Below are positions 18,820 to 28,881 of a stretch of DNA of 64,000 bases, piece after piece. The stretch lies in contig PMBI01000082.1 of assembly GCA_003153775.1 (NCBI GenBank), positions 46,130-110,129 of the forward strand. The letters run 5' to 3'. The DNA is from Syntrophaceae bacterium (GTDB lineage Bacteria; Desulfobacterota; Syntrophia; Syntrophales; UBA2185). The notes under the pieces are model-generated. The model searched no databases, was not told where the DNA came from, and saw only the letters and a list, made by a program, of their open reading frames with translations. The position numbers and the translations under genes are program-made. The stretch's first letter is position 1, and each line of letters begins with the position of its first letter.

Positions 18820-19880
18820 ACTTATTGGAATCGACGATCAATAAAATAATCCCCCAGGACAAGGGCGCCCGTGCCCAGGCAAGACAAAGGCTTGAACAGC
18901 TCACTATGCCGCACTGGGCATTGGGCCGTTTGATGGACCTGGCCGAAGAATTAGCGGGGATGACGGGTTCCGTAAGGCCGCCTGTGGGCCGCAAGACTGT
19001 GGTTACGATGGCAGGTGATCATGGAATTGCTGCAGCAGGTGTCAGCAAATATCCGCAGGAAGTAACTGTTCAGATGGTGCACAACTTTGTGCAGGGCGGC
19101 GCAGGCATCAATGCCCTCGCAAAGCTTGTCGGCGCACAGGTTGTGGTTGTCGATATGGGTGTGGCCGGAGACCTGGGCGAACTCGTAAAAGCGGGGCGGA
19201 TCATGTCCAAACGGACGGGGGCAGGAACAAGGAATATGGCCACAGGACCGGCGATGTCCCGGAATGAGGCCATTCGCTCCCTCGAAAGTGGAATTGAGGT
19301 AGCCCTGGAATTGGGGCCATCGACCGACGTCTTCGGCACGGGAGATATGGGGATCGGTAATACCTCGCCCAGCGCCGCTGTCATTGCCGTATTCAGCGGG
19401 TTGCCGCTTGCCGAGATTGTGGGGCGTGGCACAGGCATTGATGATGCACAGCTTGTGCATAAGAATGCGATGATCGAGCAGGCCCTTGAGATGAACAGGC
19501 CCAACCCAAACGACGCCCTCGATGTCCTCGCAAAGGTCGGGGGATTTGAGATCGGTGGTATAGCCGGTTTAATCCTCGGCGCCGCCTACATGAGAAAGCC
19601 CGTGCTCGTGGATGGATTCATCTCCACTGCCGGCGCGCTCATAGCCGCGCGGTTGGCTCCTGCTGCCCGCGATTACATGATCGCCTCGCATCGCAGCATG
19701 GAAAGGGGGCATCAGATAGCCCTCGACTGCCTGGGGAAAAAACCACTTCTCGACCTCGACATGAGACTCGGCGAAGGAACAGGCGCGGCATTATCCATGA
19801 ATCTTGTGGAGGCCGCTGTCCGAATTCTTACGGAAGTGGCTACCTTTGAGGAAGCGGCCGTATCCAAGGCGGACAAATGA
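18816..19880 (+). CDS. cobT: Nicotinate-nucleotide--dimethylbenzimidazole phosphoribosyltransferase
   Basis: The ATG at 18816 overlaps the cobU stop (ATGA). Typical segments are GDHGIAAAGVS, GDMGIGNTS and GEGTGAA. Confidence 0.9.
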   Translation: MNLLESTINKIIPQDKGARAQARQRLEQLTMPHWALGRLMDLAEELAGMTGSVRPPVGRKTVVTMAGDHGIAAAGVSKYPQEVTVQMVHNFVQGGAGINALAKLVGAQVVVVDMGVAGDLGELVKAGRIMSKRTGAGTRNMATGPAMSRNEAIRSLESGIEVALELGPSTDVFGTGDMGIGNTSPSAAVIAVFSGLPLAEIVGRGTGIDDAQLVHKNAMIEQALEMNRPNPNDALDVLAKVGGFEIGGIAGLILGAAYMRKPVLVDGFISTAGALIAARLAPAARDYMIASHRSMERGHQIALDCLGKKPLLDLDMRLGEGTGAALSMNLVEAAVRILTEVATFEEAAVSKADK

Positions 19881-20626
19881 GACCCCTGTTGGCAGCCATC
19901 CAGTTCTTGACAGTCATCCCATTTCCAAAGAGTTTCACCGGCGGTGAAAAGGAACTCGAGAAATGCGTGCCGTTCTTTCCCGTCGTTGGTTTGCTCATCG
20001 GCATTATCATCGCGGCCTTTGATTACGTCATGGGCCTTATTCTCCCGCCGCTTCCGGCAAGCGTGATGACCGCGATTGCCATGACAGCGATATCGGGAGG
20101 ATTGCACATGGACGGCCTGGCGGATACGGCGGATGGTTTTTTCAGCGCCCGTCCGCGTGAGCGGGTTCTGGAAATCATGAGAGACAGCCGGATAGGCGTC
20201 ATGGGTGTTCTCGCCGTGGTTTTTGTAATTATACTGAAGGTCTCTGTCCTGATATCCATCTTTCCCCCTTTACGTCCGGGGATCATTGTCCTCATGCCTC
20301 TGGCGGGGCGGTGCTCTTTTGTTTTGATGATGACGGCTCTTCCATATGTCAGACGCGAAGGCGGCCTGGCAACTGCCTTCGGGGAAGGGAAGTCATGGCT
20401 GACCGTCCTCTGGACCTCGGCGTTTCTCCTTGCCGCAGGATGGATTGCGGGCCACTGGATGGGCGTCGCGGCAGGCTTTTCCGCGCTTCTCATGGCGGCT
20501 CTCTTTTCAGTTTACTGTTTTCGCAAGATTGGCGGATATACAGGTGATACCCTGGGAGCCGGTTGCGAGATCACGGAGATTATCCCGGCCATCGCAGCTT
20601 TGGTTTTGCTGGGCATTGCATATTGA
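19877..20626 (+). CDS. cobS: Adenosylcobinamide-GDP ribazoletransferase (cobalamin synthase)
   Basis: 249 aa polytopic protein with HMDGLADTADG and GYTGDTLGA motifs. Its start overlaps the cobT stop. Confidence 0.9.
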   Translation: MRPLLAAIQFLTVIPFPKSFTGGEKELEKCVPFFPVVGLLIGIIIAAFDYVMGLILPPLPASVMTAIAMTAISGGLHMDGLADTADGFFSARPRERVLEIMRDSRIGVMGVLAVVFVIILKVSVLISIFPPLRPGIIVLMPLAGRCSFVLMMTALPYVRREGGLATAFGEGKSWLTVLWTSAFLLAAGWIAGHWMGVAAGFSALLMAALFSVYCFRKIGGYTGDTLGAGCEITEIIPAIAALVLLGIAY

Positions 20627-20690
20627 TCCAACGGGAGGGGGACTGAGAGATATTTTTAAAAATTCAAATCTCCCGGCCTGAAAATTTTAA

Positions 20691-21632
20691 ATGAGACTGG
20701 AATATCAGATCCTTGCCGCCATACTTCTGGACTTCATCGCCGGCGATCCGCCCTGGCTTCCCCACCCCGTAAAACTGATAGGACGTTTCGCTTCTTTCCT
20801 CGAGACACCACTGAGACGTATATTCGCGAATGCGCGGATGGCAGGCGCGATCGCGGTGCTGATTGTCCTTACGGTTACGGGTTTGGCAACGTATGCGATC
20901 ATCGCTGGTGCAGGTCTGCTCCATCCTCTCGCTGCCGATATTGTTTCCGTTGCCCTTCTCTACACGACGTTTGCTGCGAGAGACCTCTCGCGGCACAGCC
21001 TGGATGTCTATCGTGAGTTGAAAGCGGGAAAAATCGAGGAGGCAAGGAAGAAGGTTGCCATGCTCGTGGGCAGGGACACGGCCCTCCTCGATGAGGCAGG
21101 CGTCATCCGGGCAACAGTGGAAAGCGTTGCCGAAAACACCGCCGATGGTGTTACGGCGCCCTTGTTTTTTGCCTTCCTTGCCGGACCCGCAGGCGCAATG
21201 CTTTATAAGGCGGTAAATACGCTTGATTCCACTTTCGGCTACAAGAACGAACGTTACAGAGAATTCGGATGGGCCTCGGCAAGGCTGGATGATGTTGCCA
21301 ACTATATACCAGCGAGACTGACGGCCCTGATAATTCCTGTTGCCGCCCTCATCCTGCAACTCCGTCCTCTGAATTCTCTCAGAATCCTGCTGAGAGATGG
21401 GAAAAAACACCCCAGCCCGAATTCAGGCCTCACGGAAGCTGCCGTGGCCGGCGCCCTCGCGGTTCAACTCGGCGGGCTGAACTATTATTTCGGGAAACCA
21501 TCCATGAGACCAACCCTTGGAGATCCCGTCAAGGAGATGAGCAGAAAGGATATAGTGAGTGCAAACGCCCTGATGTTTGTCACCATGATTCTTGCGGTGA
21601 TTATATTTTTTGCCGTAAGGTTCAGTCTCTGA
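20691..21632 (+). CDS. cbiB: Adenosylcobinamide-phosphate synthase
   Basis: 313 aa membrane protein with DLIAGDPPWLPHPV-type and HPSPNSG segments typical of CbiB/CobD. Confidence 0.9.
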   Translation: MRLEYQILAAILLDFIAGDPPWLPHPVKLIGRFASFLETPLRRIFANARMAGAIAVLIVLTVTGLATYAIIAGAGLLHPLAADIVSVALLYTTFAARDLSRHSLDVYRELKAGKIEEARKKVAMLVGRDTALLDEAGVIRATVESVAENTADGVTAPLFFAFLAGPAGAMLYKAVNTLDSTFGYKNERYREFGWASARLDDVANYIPARLTALIIPVAALILQLRPLNSLRILLRDGKKHPSPNSGLTEAAVAGALAVQLGGLNYYFGKPSMRPTLGDPVKEMSRKDIVSANALMFVTMILAVIIFFAVRFSL

Positions 21633-21759
21633 CGGGGTTTGCGCAACGATCGGGATGCTGTGCGGATGCAGGGCGCATCATATATGTTGATTATGAGAGG
21701 ATAGATTGTATATCATTACTGTATCTAAGAATATCAACTGATATGATGTATCGTGCCAG

Positions 21760-23046
21760 ATGAGATCATCCAGATCAAATAAAGAGGTCACCGCAAAATT
21801 TATTCTTAGGGCACTGCACCATAAGAATTACCGACTCTTTTTTGGCGGTCAAAGCATATCCCTCATAGGAACGTGGATGCAGCAGATCGCCATGAGCTGG
21901 CTGGTTTACCGGCTCACCAATTCGGCATTGCTCCTGGGTGTCGTAGGCTTTTCCAGTCAAATCCCCGTCTTCCTTTTTGCGTCTATTGCCGGCGTCTATG
22001 CGGACCGATGGAATCGCCATCGCATGCTGATTGCAACTCAGACGCTTTCCATGATCCAGGCTTTGACCCTTGCCTTTCTCGCCCTTGCCGGAACCATACA
22101 AGTCTGGCAGATTATTGTTCTGAGCATCGTAATCGGTGTGATCAATGCCTTCGATATGCCCACCCGCCAGTCCTTCATAGTGGAAATAGTGGATAAACCG
22201 GAGGACCTCGGAAATGCGATTGCCCTGAATTCTTTTATGTTCAACGGTGCAAGGCTCGTGGGGCCGGCTATCGCAGGCATACTTATCGGGATCTTGGGTG
22301 AAGGCATCTGCTTTCTCATCAACGGGTTGAGCTTCATCGGCATCATCATCGCGCTACTTGCGATAAAGGTTCCGAAAAGGAAAAAGGCGGCGCACACATC
22401 GCGGGTGTGGCATGATTTGAAAGAAGGTTATTCCTATGCCTTTGGATTTGCGCCGATCAGGTACATCCTTCTTCAGCTTGGATTGATGAGCTTCATGGGC
22501 ATGGCATACAGTGTGCTCATGCCCGTTTTCGCGAAAGATATTCTCCACGGCGGACCGCACACGCTGGGATTCCTCATGGCGGCCTCAGGTATAGGAGCCC
22601 TCACAGGCGCCGTCTATCTCGCGTCGCGGCAGACGATTCTCGGGTTGGGACGACTCATTGTATATGCTTCCGTTATTTTCGGCGTAGGGATCATCGCCTT
22701 CTCGTTTTCCAGTATCCTCATAGTTTCTCTGACCATGATGTTCTTTACCGGATTCGGTATGATTGTACAGATAGCATCGGGCAACACTATCCTGCAGAGC
22801 ATCGTGGAAGAGGATAAGCGCGGTCGCGTGATGAGTATTTATACGACGGCCATCATCGGCATGGCGCCGATTGGCAACCTCGTGGCAGGTGCACTCGCGT
22901 CCTTGATAGGCGCCCCCGAAACCCTCATCCTGAGCGGATTAGCATGCATAATAGGATCGCTCCTCTTTGCACTGAAGCTCCCGCACATAAGAAAAAAGGT
23001 TCGTCCCATTTACGTCAAGATGGGCATTATCTCCGAGCTTGAATGA
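21760..23046 (+). CDS. MFS transporter (MFS_3 / EntS-like subfamily)
   Basis: 428 aa, 12 TM segments, with N-terminal YRLFFGGQSISLIGTWMQQIAMSWLVY typical of this subfamily. Confidence 0.75.
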   Translation: MRSSRSNKEVTAKFILRALHHKNYRLFFGGQSISLIGTWMQQIAMSWLVYRLTNSALLLGVVGFSSQIPVFLFASIAGVYADRWNRHRMLIATQTLSMIQALTLAFLALAGTIQVWQIIVLSIVIGVINAFDMPTRQSFIVEIVDKPEDLGNAIALNSFMFNGARLVGPAIAGILIGILGEGICFLINGLSFIGIIIALLAIKVPKRKKAAHTSRVWHDLKEGYSYAFGFAPIRYILLQLGLMSFMGMAYSVLMPVFAKDILHGGPHTLGFLMAASGIGALTGAVYLASRQTILGLGRLIVYASVIFGVGIIAFSFSSILIVSLTMMFFTGFGMIVQIASGNTILQSIVEEDKRGRVMSIYTTAIIGMAPIGNLVAGALASLIGAPETLILSGLACIIGSLLFALKLPHIRKKVRPIYVKMGIISELE

Positions 23047-23144
23047 TAAAAATCAAGAGTCTTAACGTCAAAAAAATATTGGAAATTTCATATTAATTAT
23101 AATATGCTGAAGTTTAGAATCTTTTGAAATGCATTGAGGTGTTT

Positions 23145-24449
23145 ATGAGGTTTGATATTGCTAAAGACGGCAGCGGTCTCGTTTATGAAATACGACAGAT
23201 TGTCATCGTGGCCAATAAACTGAAAGAATACGGCATTGAGGTAACCTGGGAGAATATCGGCGACCCCATTCATAAAGGTGAAAAGATACCCGACTGGATG
23301 AAAGAAGTCCTTATGGAAGTCCTCAGAGATGACCTTTCTTACGGTTACTGTCCTACCAAGGGTGTCGACTCGACCCGTGAATTCCTCGCGGACCGGGTAA
23401 ATAAAATGGGCCACGTGCAGATAACGCCTGAAGATATAATTTTCTTCAACGGACTGGGTGATGCGATTGCCCGCGCATACAGCGCCATAAGGGTTGATGC
23501 GAGAATCATCATGCCTGAACCCACTTATTCCACGCATCTGCTGGCGGAAGTGCTCCATGCCTCGTTCCCGCCCAATACATACCGGATGAATCCCTATCGG
23601 GACTGGGCCCCGGACATCCGCGAACTCGAGCAGAAGGTGAGAAGCTATAAATCGATCGTCGGAATTCTTGTCATAAATCCGGACAATCCCACCGGCTTTG
23701 TCCATTCTCCCGAAGCACTGCAGCAGATCGTGAAGATTGCGAGGGAGTATGACCTCTTTCTTATTTTCGACGAAACATACATCAACATTGTGTACAACGG
23801 AAAATCAACAGTAAACCTGTCGGATATTATCGAAGATGTGCCCGCCATCAGCATGAAGGGAATCTCCAAGGAATTCCCTTGGCCCGGTTCGCGGTGCGGC
23901 TGGATGGAGGTCTACAATGTACATAAGGACGAGAAATTCGAGAGGTACTTCAACACGATTGTGAACCAGAAGATGTCCGAGGTGTGTTCGACCACACTTC
24001 CACAGATGGCGATCCCGAAAATCATGACCCATCCGGAGTATAAAAATTACCTGGACTCCCGTGTCCGACACTACGAAAGACTCTCCAACATAGCCTATAA
24101 TTGTCTCAAGGACGTTCCCTATCTTATCGTGAACCGGAGCAACGGCGCCTTCTATATGTCGGTGGTCTTTAACGAGGCCTCGCTCAATGACAGGCAGAAA
24201 CTGCATATCAAGCAGCCGGAGATCAGGGAATACGTCGAGAAACTGGTGTCTGAAAGAATAGAGTTTGACAAACGCTTTGTTTATTACCTCTTGGGTTCCA
24301 CGGGTATTTGCGTCGTTCCGCTCACTTCTTTTTTTACCTCCGTACCTGGTTTCAGGATGACCTTGCTCGATCGCGACGCGGATAAATTTGAATACGTCAT
24401 GAAGACGCTCGCGGAAAAGACCGTCGAGTATATCGAGTCCGCACACTAA
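23145..24449 (+). CDS. PLP-dependent aminotransferase, class I/II (alanine-aminotransferase-like)
   Basis: The Schiff-base lysine context is SMKGISKEFPWPGSRCGW and an INPDNPTG segment is present. I chose the ATG at 23145. Confidence 0.8.
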   Translation: MRFDIAKDGSGLVYEIRQIVIVANKLKEYGIEVTWENIGDPIHKGEKIPDWMKEVLMEVLRDDLSYGYCPTKGVDSTREFLADRVNKMGHVQITPEDIIFFNGLGDAIARAYSAIRVDARIIMPEPTYSTHLLAEVLHASFPPNTYRMNPYRDWAPDIRELEQKVRSYKSIVGILVINPDNPTGFVHSPEALQQIVKIAREYDLFLIFDETYINIVYNGKSTVNLSDIIEDVPAISMKGISKEFPWPGSRCGWMEVYNVHKDEKFERYFNTIVNQKMSEVCSTTLPQMAIPKIMTHPEYKNYLDSRVRHYERLSNIAYNCLKDVPYLIVNRSNGAFYMSVVFNEASLNDRQKLHIKQPEIREYVEKLVSERIEFDKRFVYYLLGSTGICVVPLTSFFTSVPGFRMTLLDRDADKFEYVMKTLAEKTVEYIESAH

Positions 24450-24461
24450 GCCTTACCTAAA

Positions 24462-24491
24462 GATAGAGACATGCCGTCGCATGTCTCTATC
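24462..24491. terminator. Perfect 12-bp hairpin between convergent genes
   Basis: Stem gatagagacatg / catgtctctatc with a 6-nt loop. It lies between the aminotransferase (+) and the ABC-2 permease (-). Confidence 0.55.
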
Positions 24492-24515
24492 ATCTTAAAA
24501 TCCTATTCCGAGATA

Positions 24516-25307
24516 TTATTTGATCAGGCGCTGGTGCATTTTGTGGATTGCGAGCGGAAAAAAAACTATGCAGGAGATCACAAAATAGCAGAACCCCGGC
24601 AGCAGCGACATATCGACTATGCCGAGACTTAGCGACCTGGTAAGATTTACCATGTGCGTGAGGGGCAGGAGCATGGCGATGTATTGGGCCCATCCGGGCA
24701 GGTTCTCTATGGGGAAAAATGTCCCGCTGAAGAGAAACATGGGGGTGATGAACAGAAATACGGGCAGGTTGAACAGCTCTATGTTGGCGACAATCGCCGT
24801 AAAGATCATTCCGATGGAACCGAAGGCAATGCCCCCGATAACAGAGAGCGGGATAATCAGGAGGCCTTCCGGGTAACGGATGAGGCCGAATAAACTGATA
24901 ACCGCAAGCATGATCGATGTTGCAATAACAGATTTGGTGGCCCCCCAGACTATTTCCCCGGTGATAATTTCTTCAAGGGTAAGCGGCGTCGCCATCATGG
25001 CGTCAAACGTCTTTTGATAATACATGCGCACGAAGGAGGCATAGGTGTTTTCAAAGAAGGCGTTGTTCATGATATTGATGGCAAGCAGAGCCGGTGCAAT
25101 GAAAAGCATGTATGATATTTCTGAGCCATCGTAATTAATATTTCCAACGAGGGCGCTCAAGCCGACCCCGAAGGCAACCAGATAGAAAAAAGGTTCGAGC
25201 AGCGGGGGAACGAAACTGATCTTCCAGTTCTGCCGGTAGACAAGCAGATTTCTCTCCCAGACCCGCAGGAAGCGCATGGACAGATGGAGTGGCAAGATGT
25301 TCCTCAT
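24516..25307 (-). CDS. ABC-2 type exporter permease
   Basis: The start at 25307 overlaps the ATPase stop (ATGA). The protein has 6 TM segments and the family-typical LRVWERNLLVYRQNW N-terminus. Confidence 0.8.
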   Translation of the reverse strand: MRNILPLHLSMRFLRVWERNLLVYRQNWKISFVPPLLEPFFYLVAFGVGLSALVGNINYDGSEISYMLFIAPALLAINIMNNAFFENTYASFVRMYYQKTFDAMMATPLTLEEIITGEIVWGATKSVIATSIMLAVISLFGLIRYPEGLLIIPLSVIGGIAFGSIGMIFTAIVANIELFNLPVFLFITPMFLFSGTFFPIENLPGWAQYIAMLLPLTHMVNLTRSLSLGIVDMSLLPGFCYFVISCIVFFPLAIHKMHQRLIK

Positions 25308-26254
25308 TCCCGGAGCTCCCTGCCTGTTAGTTTCAGGAAGACGTCTTCGAGGGTCGCCATGCGCATGATGCAGCCTTCCTTGCAATATTCGTTGCTGATT
25401 TCACGAAACAGGGCATTTCCATCGCCGGTACTTATGATCAACCGGTGCCCCAGATCCTCATATTCCATATTCCTGGCCCGGACGAACGCCCGCAGCGCCT
25501 GGTTCGGCTCAAGCACCTCGATAATATCGTGGCCCACATGCTGATTGATGAGCTCAAGAGGTTTTCCCTCTACCAGTATGCCTCCATGGTCCATGATGAT
25601 CAGGCGATCACAAAGCCGGGATGCTTCGTCCATGTTATGGGTGGAAATCAAAATGGAAAGCCCCTTTGCCTTGAGCTCACCTAAACGCTCCCACACCTGA
25701 TGGCGGGACTGTGGGTCGAGTCCCGTCGTCGGTTCATCCAGAATCAGGAGTTCGGGCGTGTTCAAGAGCGCTCTCGCCAGAACCAGACGGCGCATCATGC
25801 CTCCCGAAAGTTCCGTAATCCTGGCGTCTTTGCGGTGCTCAAGGGCCATAAATCTAAGAAGGCTCTCGGCCTGTACCCGCGCTGCCGCGGGTGACATGTT
25901 GAAGTACCGGGAAAAAACCTCAAGATTCTGTTTCACCGTGAGGTCCGGATCCAAATTATTGTCCTGGTGACACACGCCGAGTCTGGACTTTATGGCACGC
26001 GTGTTTTGTGCGATATCAAGACCGAAGACTGCCAGTGCGCCGCGCGTGATCGGCGAAAGGCCATAGATCATCCGGATGGTTGAAGTCTTTCCGGCGCCAT
26101 TGGGTCCCAGCATCCCAAAACACTCTCCCGGATATACATTGAAGGAAATATTATCGACAGCTGTGAGGTCGCCAAATATCTTGGTCAGATTCTTCGCTTC
26201 TATGACAGGGCTCAATGGCATTTCTTCATGGTGATTTTCCTGCGCGACTTTCAT
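25304..26254 (-). CDS. ABC transporter ATP-binding protein (DrrA/NodI-like)
   Basis: Walker A is GPNGAGKTS, the signature is LSGGMMRR and Walker B is LLILDEPT. Confidence 0.9.
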   Translation of the reverse strand: MKVAQENHHEEMPLSPVIEAKNLTKIFGDLTAVDNISFNVYPGECFGMLGPNGAGKTSTIRMIYGLSPITRGALAVFGLDIAQNTRAIKSRLGVCHQDNNLDPDLTVKQNLEVFSRYFNMSPAAARVQAESLLRFMALEHRKDARITELSGGMMRRLVLARALLNTPELLILDEPTTGLDPQSRHQVWERLGELKAKGLSILISTHNMDEASRLCDRLIIMDHGGILVEGKPLELINQHVGHDIIEVLEPNQALRAFVRARNMEYEDLGHRLIISTGDGNALFREISNEYCKEGCIMRMATLEDVFLKLTGRELRE

Positions 26255-26457
26255 ACGGCAATTCGTTTTTTTAAGAGATCAATTTGATCAATACGCGTTT
26301 CACGTTTGTCCTTTAAATGAATTGTCAGAATCTTCTGAATATGCTACTTATCCGGCCATCTTTAATATGTTATATCAAATAAGGATTCTTCTTAAAACAT
26401 AATTTAGCGAAGGGTCCATTTTATCGTATCGGTCTTAAAAGGGGGAGGAAGATTAAG

Positions 26458-27012
26458 ATGTCCGGCTTATTGGAGGAAACACTGGCGAAATATAACAGAG
26501 GACTTGTTTTCGTCTATACGGGGAACGGCAAGGGGAAGACAACTGCCGCCATGGGGCAGGCGCTGCGGGCAGTGGGGCACGGGCTCACGGTGCTGGTGAT
26601 TCAATTCATGAAGGGAAAGAAATATGGTGAGGTGATAGCCTGCGAGAAATTTCTCCCCGCCATAACCGTTTGCCCATGCGGTCTCGACAGTTTTGTGATG
26701 AGGGGAAACCCGGCCCCTGTTGATATCGATCTGGCGCAACAGGGGCTAAACCTTGCCAAGAAATCCCTGTCTTCCGGGGAATATAACATGGTCATCCTCG
26801 ATGAAATAAACGTTGCCCTTGACTTTGGACTGGTTTCCGTAAAGGACGTTGTCGAAATGATAAAAGGGAGAGCGACGAATGTGGACGTAGTCATGACAGG
26901 AAGATATGCCCCTCAGGAAATTATCGAGATTGCCGATACCGTGAGCGAGGTGAAGGAAATTAGACATCATTACACGACGGGATTGAAGGAAAGGGCCGGT
27001 ATAGAATATTAG
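26458..27012 (+). CDS. cobO: Cob(I)yrinic acid a,c-diamide adenosyltransferase
   Basis: 184 aa with VYTGNGKGKTTAAMG and MVILDEIN motifs. Confidence 0.9.
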   Translation: MSGLLEETLAKYNRGLVFVYTGNGKGKTTAAMGQALRAVGHGLTVLVIQFMKGKKYGEVIACEKFLPAITVCPCGLDSFVMRGNPAPVDIDLAQQGLNLAKKSLSSGEYNMVILDEINVALDFGLVSVKDVVEMIKGRATNVDVVMTGRYAPQEIIEIADTVSEVKEIRHHYTTGLKERAGIEY

Positions 27013-27054
27013 CTCGGGACGACGGAATTACAGGAAAATAGAAGAGGGAGGCTC

Positions 27055-28248
27055 ATGAAGAGAACCCCGAAGGAAGAGCTACACAGGCGCATCAGAGCGC
27101 TGCAGGGGCGCATGGAATCAGGGGATATAAATGGCGCCCTGATCGTTCAAAACGCGGACCTTTTCTATTTCACAGGAACTGTGCCGCAAGGGTATCTGTT
27201 TATACCCTCTTCCGGGGAGCCTCTTTTCTTTGTGCGCAGGAACGCAGACCGGATCAAGGATGAGTCCGAGCTCGATAACATCATACCTGTGGGGGGTCTC
27301 AGAGAATTGCCGGGACTGCTCGCCGAGCACGGCTATTCGCAAATAAGAAGGCTTGGGATGGAGCTTGACGTGCTGCCGGTCCACCTTTATCTTCGGTATC
27401 TGGATATTATAAAGCCGGAAGAGATTGTTGACGTCTGGCCTTCCATTCAAGCCGTCCGGGCCGTGAAATCCGAATACGAGACGGGGCTCATGAAGGAAGT
27501 GGCGCGTCTTTCAGACTTCATTATCGCCACTTGCCGGAACAATCTTAAGGAAGGGCTGACTGAGATAGAGCTTGCCGCCACGATTGAGGCGCAGGCTCGA
27601 ACGCGCGGCCATCAGGGGTATGTCCGTACAAGGGCGTTCAATCAGGAGGTTTACTGGGGTCATTTAATATCCGGACCTGACGCGGCAGATCTGACCTTCA
27701 CGGACAGCACGACCGGCGGACACGGGCTCTACAATGCCTTCCCGCAAAGTTCGGGATGGAGACCTATCAGGAGGCAGGAGCCGGTCATCTCTGATCTCGG
27801 GGCAGCTATGTACGGATACTGCGTGGACCAGACGCGCACGCTGAGCCTCGGCCCCCTCCCCGATAAACTGGACGATGCCTACAAGGTGTCTCTGGAGATC
27901 CACTACAGATTGAGGAAGATGATCCAGCCCGGTGTCGCAGTCGGCGATCTGTTTTCAGAGGCGCAGCGCATGGCCGAATCCCATCACTTGGGTGAACATT
28001 TCCTGGGTTATGGAAATCGTCGCTTGGGATTCTGCGGACACGGAGTAGGTCTGGAGTTGGACGAGTACCCGGTGATCGCGAAAGGAGGAAAAGCGCTCCT
28101 CGCCCCCGGCATGGTCATTGCCATCGAACCGAAGTTTAACTTTCCGGGGGAAGGGGTTGTCGGCGTTGAGGATACATTCGCCATCACGGACAAAGGAAGT
28201 CAGAGGCTGACCAATGCCAGCTATGTCGTCGACGTTACCCAGGGATAG
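27055..28248 (+). CDS. M24 family Xaa-Pro peptidase (creatinase-type N-domain)
   Basis: 397 aa with metal-ligand contexts DQTRT, GHGVGLELDE and AIEP...GVEDT. Confidence 0.85.
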   Translation: MKRTPKEELHRRIRALQGRMESGDINGALIVQNADLFYFTGTVPQGYLFIPSSGEPLFFVRRNADRIKDESELDNIIPVGGLRELPGLLAEHGYSQIRRLGMELDVLPVHLYLRYLDIIKPEEIVDVWPSIQAVRAVKSEYETGLMKEVARLSDFIIATCRNNLKEGLTEIELAATIEAQARTRGHQGYVRTRAFNQEVYWGHLISGPDAADLTFTDSTTGGHGLYNAFPQSSGWRPIRRQEPVISDLGAAMYGYCVDQTRTLSLGPLPDKLDDAYKVSLEIHYRLRKMIQPGVAVGDLFSEAQRMAESHHLGEHFLGYGNRRLGFCGHGVGLELDEYPVIAKGGKALLAPGMVIAIEPKFNFPGEGVVGVEDTFAITDKGSQRLTNASYVVDVTQG

Positions 28249-28824
28249 ATGCCAATGCCAAAGAATAATAAAGTTCTTGATGACATCATCTCGCTTCTCA
28301 AGGAGCGAGGCGCTTCGGCAGTGGTGCTAACAAATGTAGCCGACATCGTCGTTGACGAAAGGGTTCGCCTGAAGTGTCGTGTACCCGTGTGCGACACGTA
28401 CAACAAGAACCTCATGTGTCCCCCCTATGTACCGTCTGTTGCTGAATTTCGCGAAGCCCTTACGAACTATACGCAGGCTATCCTCATCCAGGTTTCCGCC
28501 CTTCTCCACGAAACACATGCGCATGCCCCTCGAGAGGAGGTATTCATTCCAGCGAGAGAACTTCACGAGTTGGTTAATCTGGGGGAGAGAGAGGCATTCG
28601 AAGCCGGGTTTCGTTTTGCCGCCGGGTTTATCGGAGGCTGCTGCCGGTTGTGCGACGAGTGTGTCGCGGCACAGGGCGGCACATCGTGCCGGTTTCCCTT
28701 CAAGGCGAGGCCTTCGATGGAGGCCATGGGAATCGATGTCATAGCTACTGCGGAAAAGGCAGGTCTGCCCGTAACCTTCCCTGTTAAGAACAGGGTGACA
28801 TGGACGGGACTTATTCTATTGTAG
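28249..28824 (+). CDS. DUF2284 predicted metal-binding protein (paralogue 1)
   Basis: Cys-rich segments are LKCRVPVCDTYNKNLMCPP and GGCCRLCDEC...CRFPFKARPSMEAMGIDV. The gene abuts the M24 peptidase stop. Confidence 0.7.
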   Translation: MPMPKNNKVLDDIISLLKERGASAVVLTNVADIVVDERVRLKCRVPVCDTYNKNLMCPPYVPSVAEFREALTNYTQAILIQVSALLHETHAHAPREEVFIPARELHELVNLGEREAFEAGFRFAAGFIGGCCRLCDECVAAQGGTSCRFPFKARPSMEAMGIDVIATAEKAGLPVTFPVKNRVTWTGLILL

Positions 28825-28881
28825 AAAGCGAAAACCGCATCAGCCGTTGGAAATTGCGGGAAATTTTTGAGGATCATGTTT

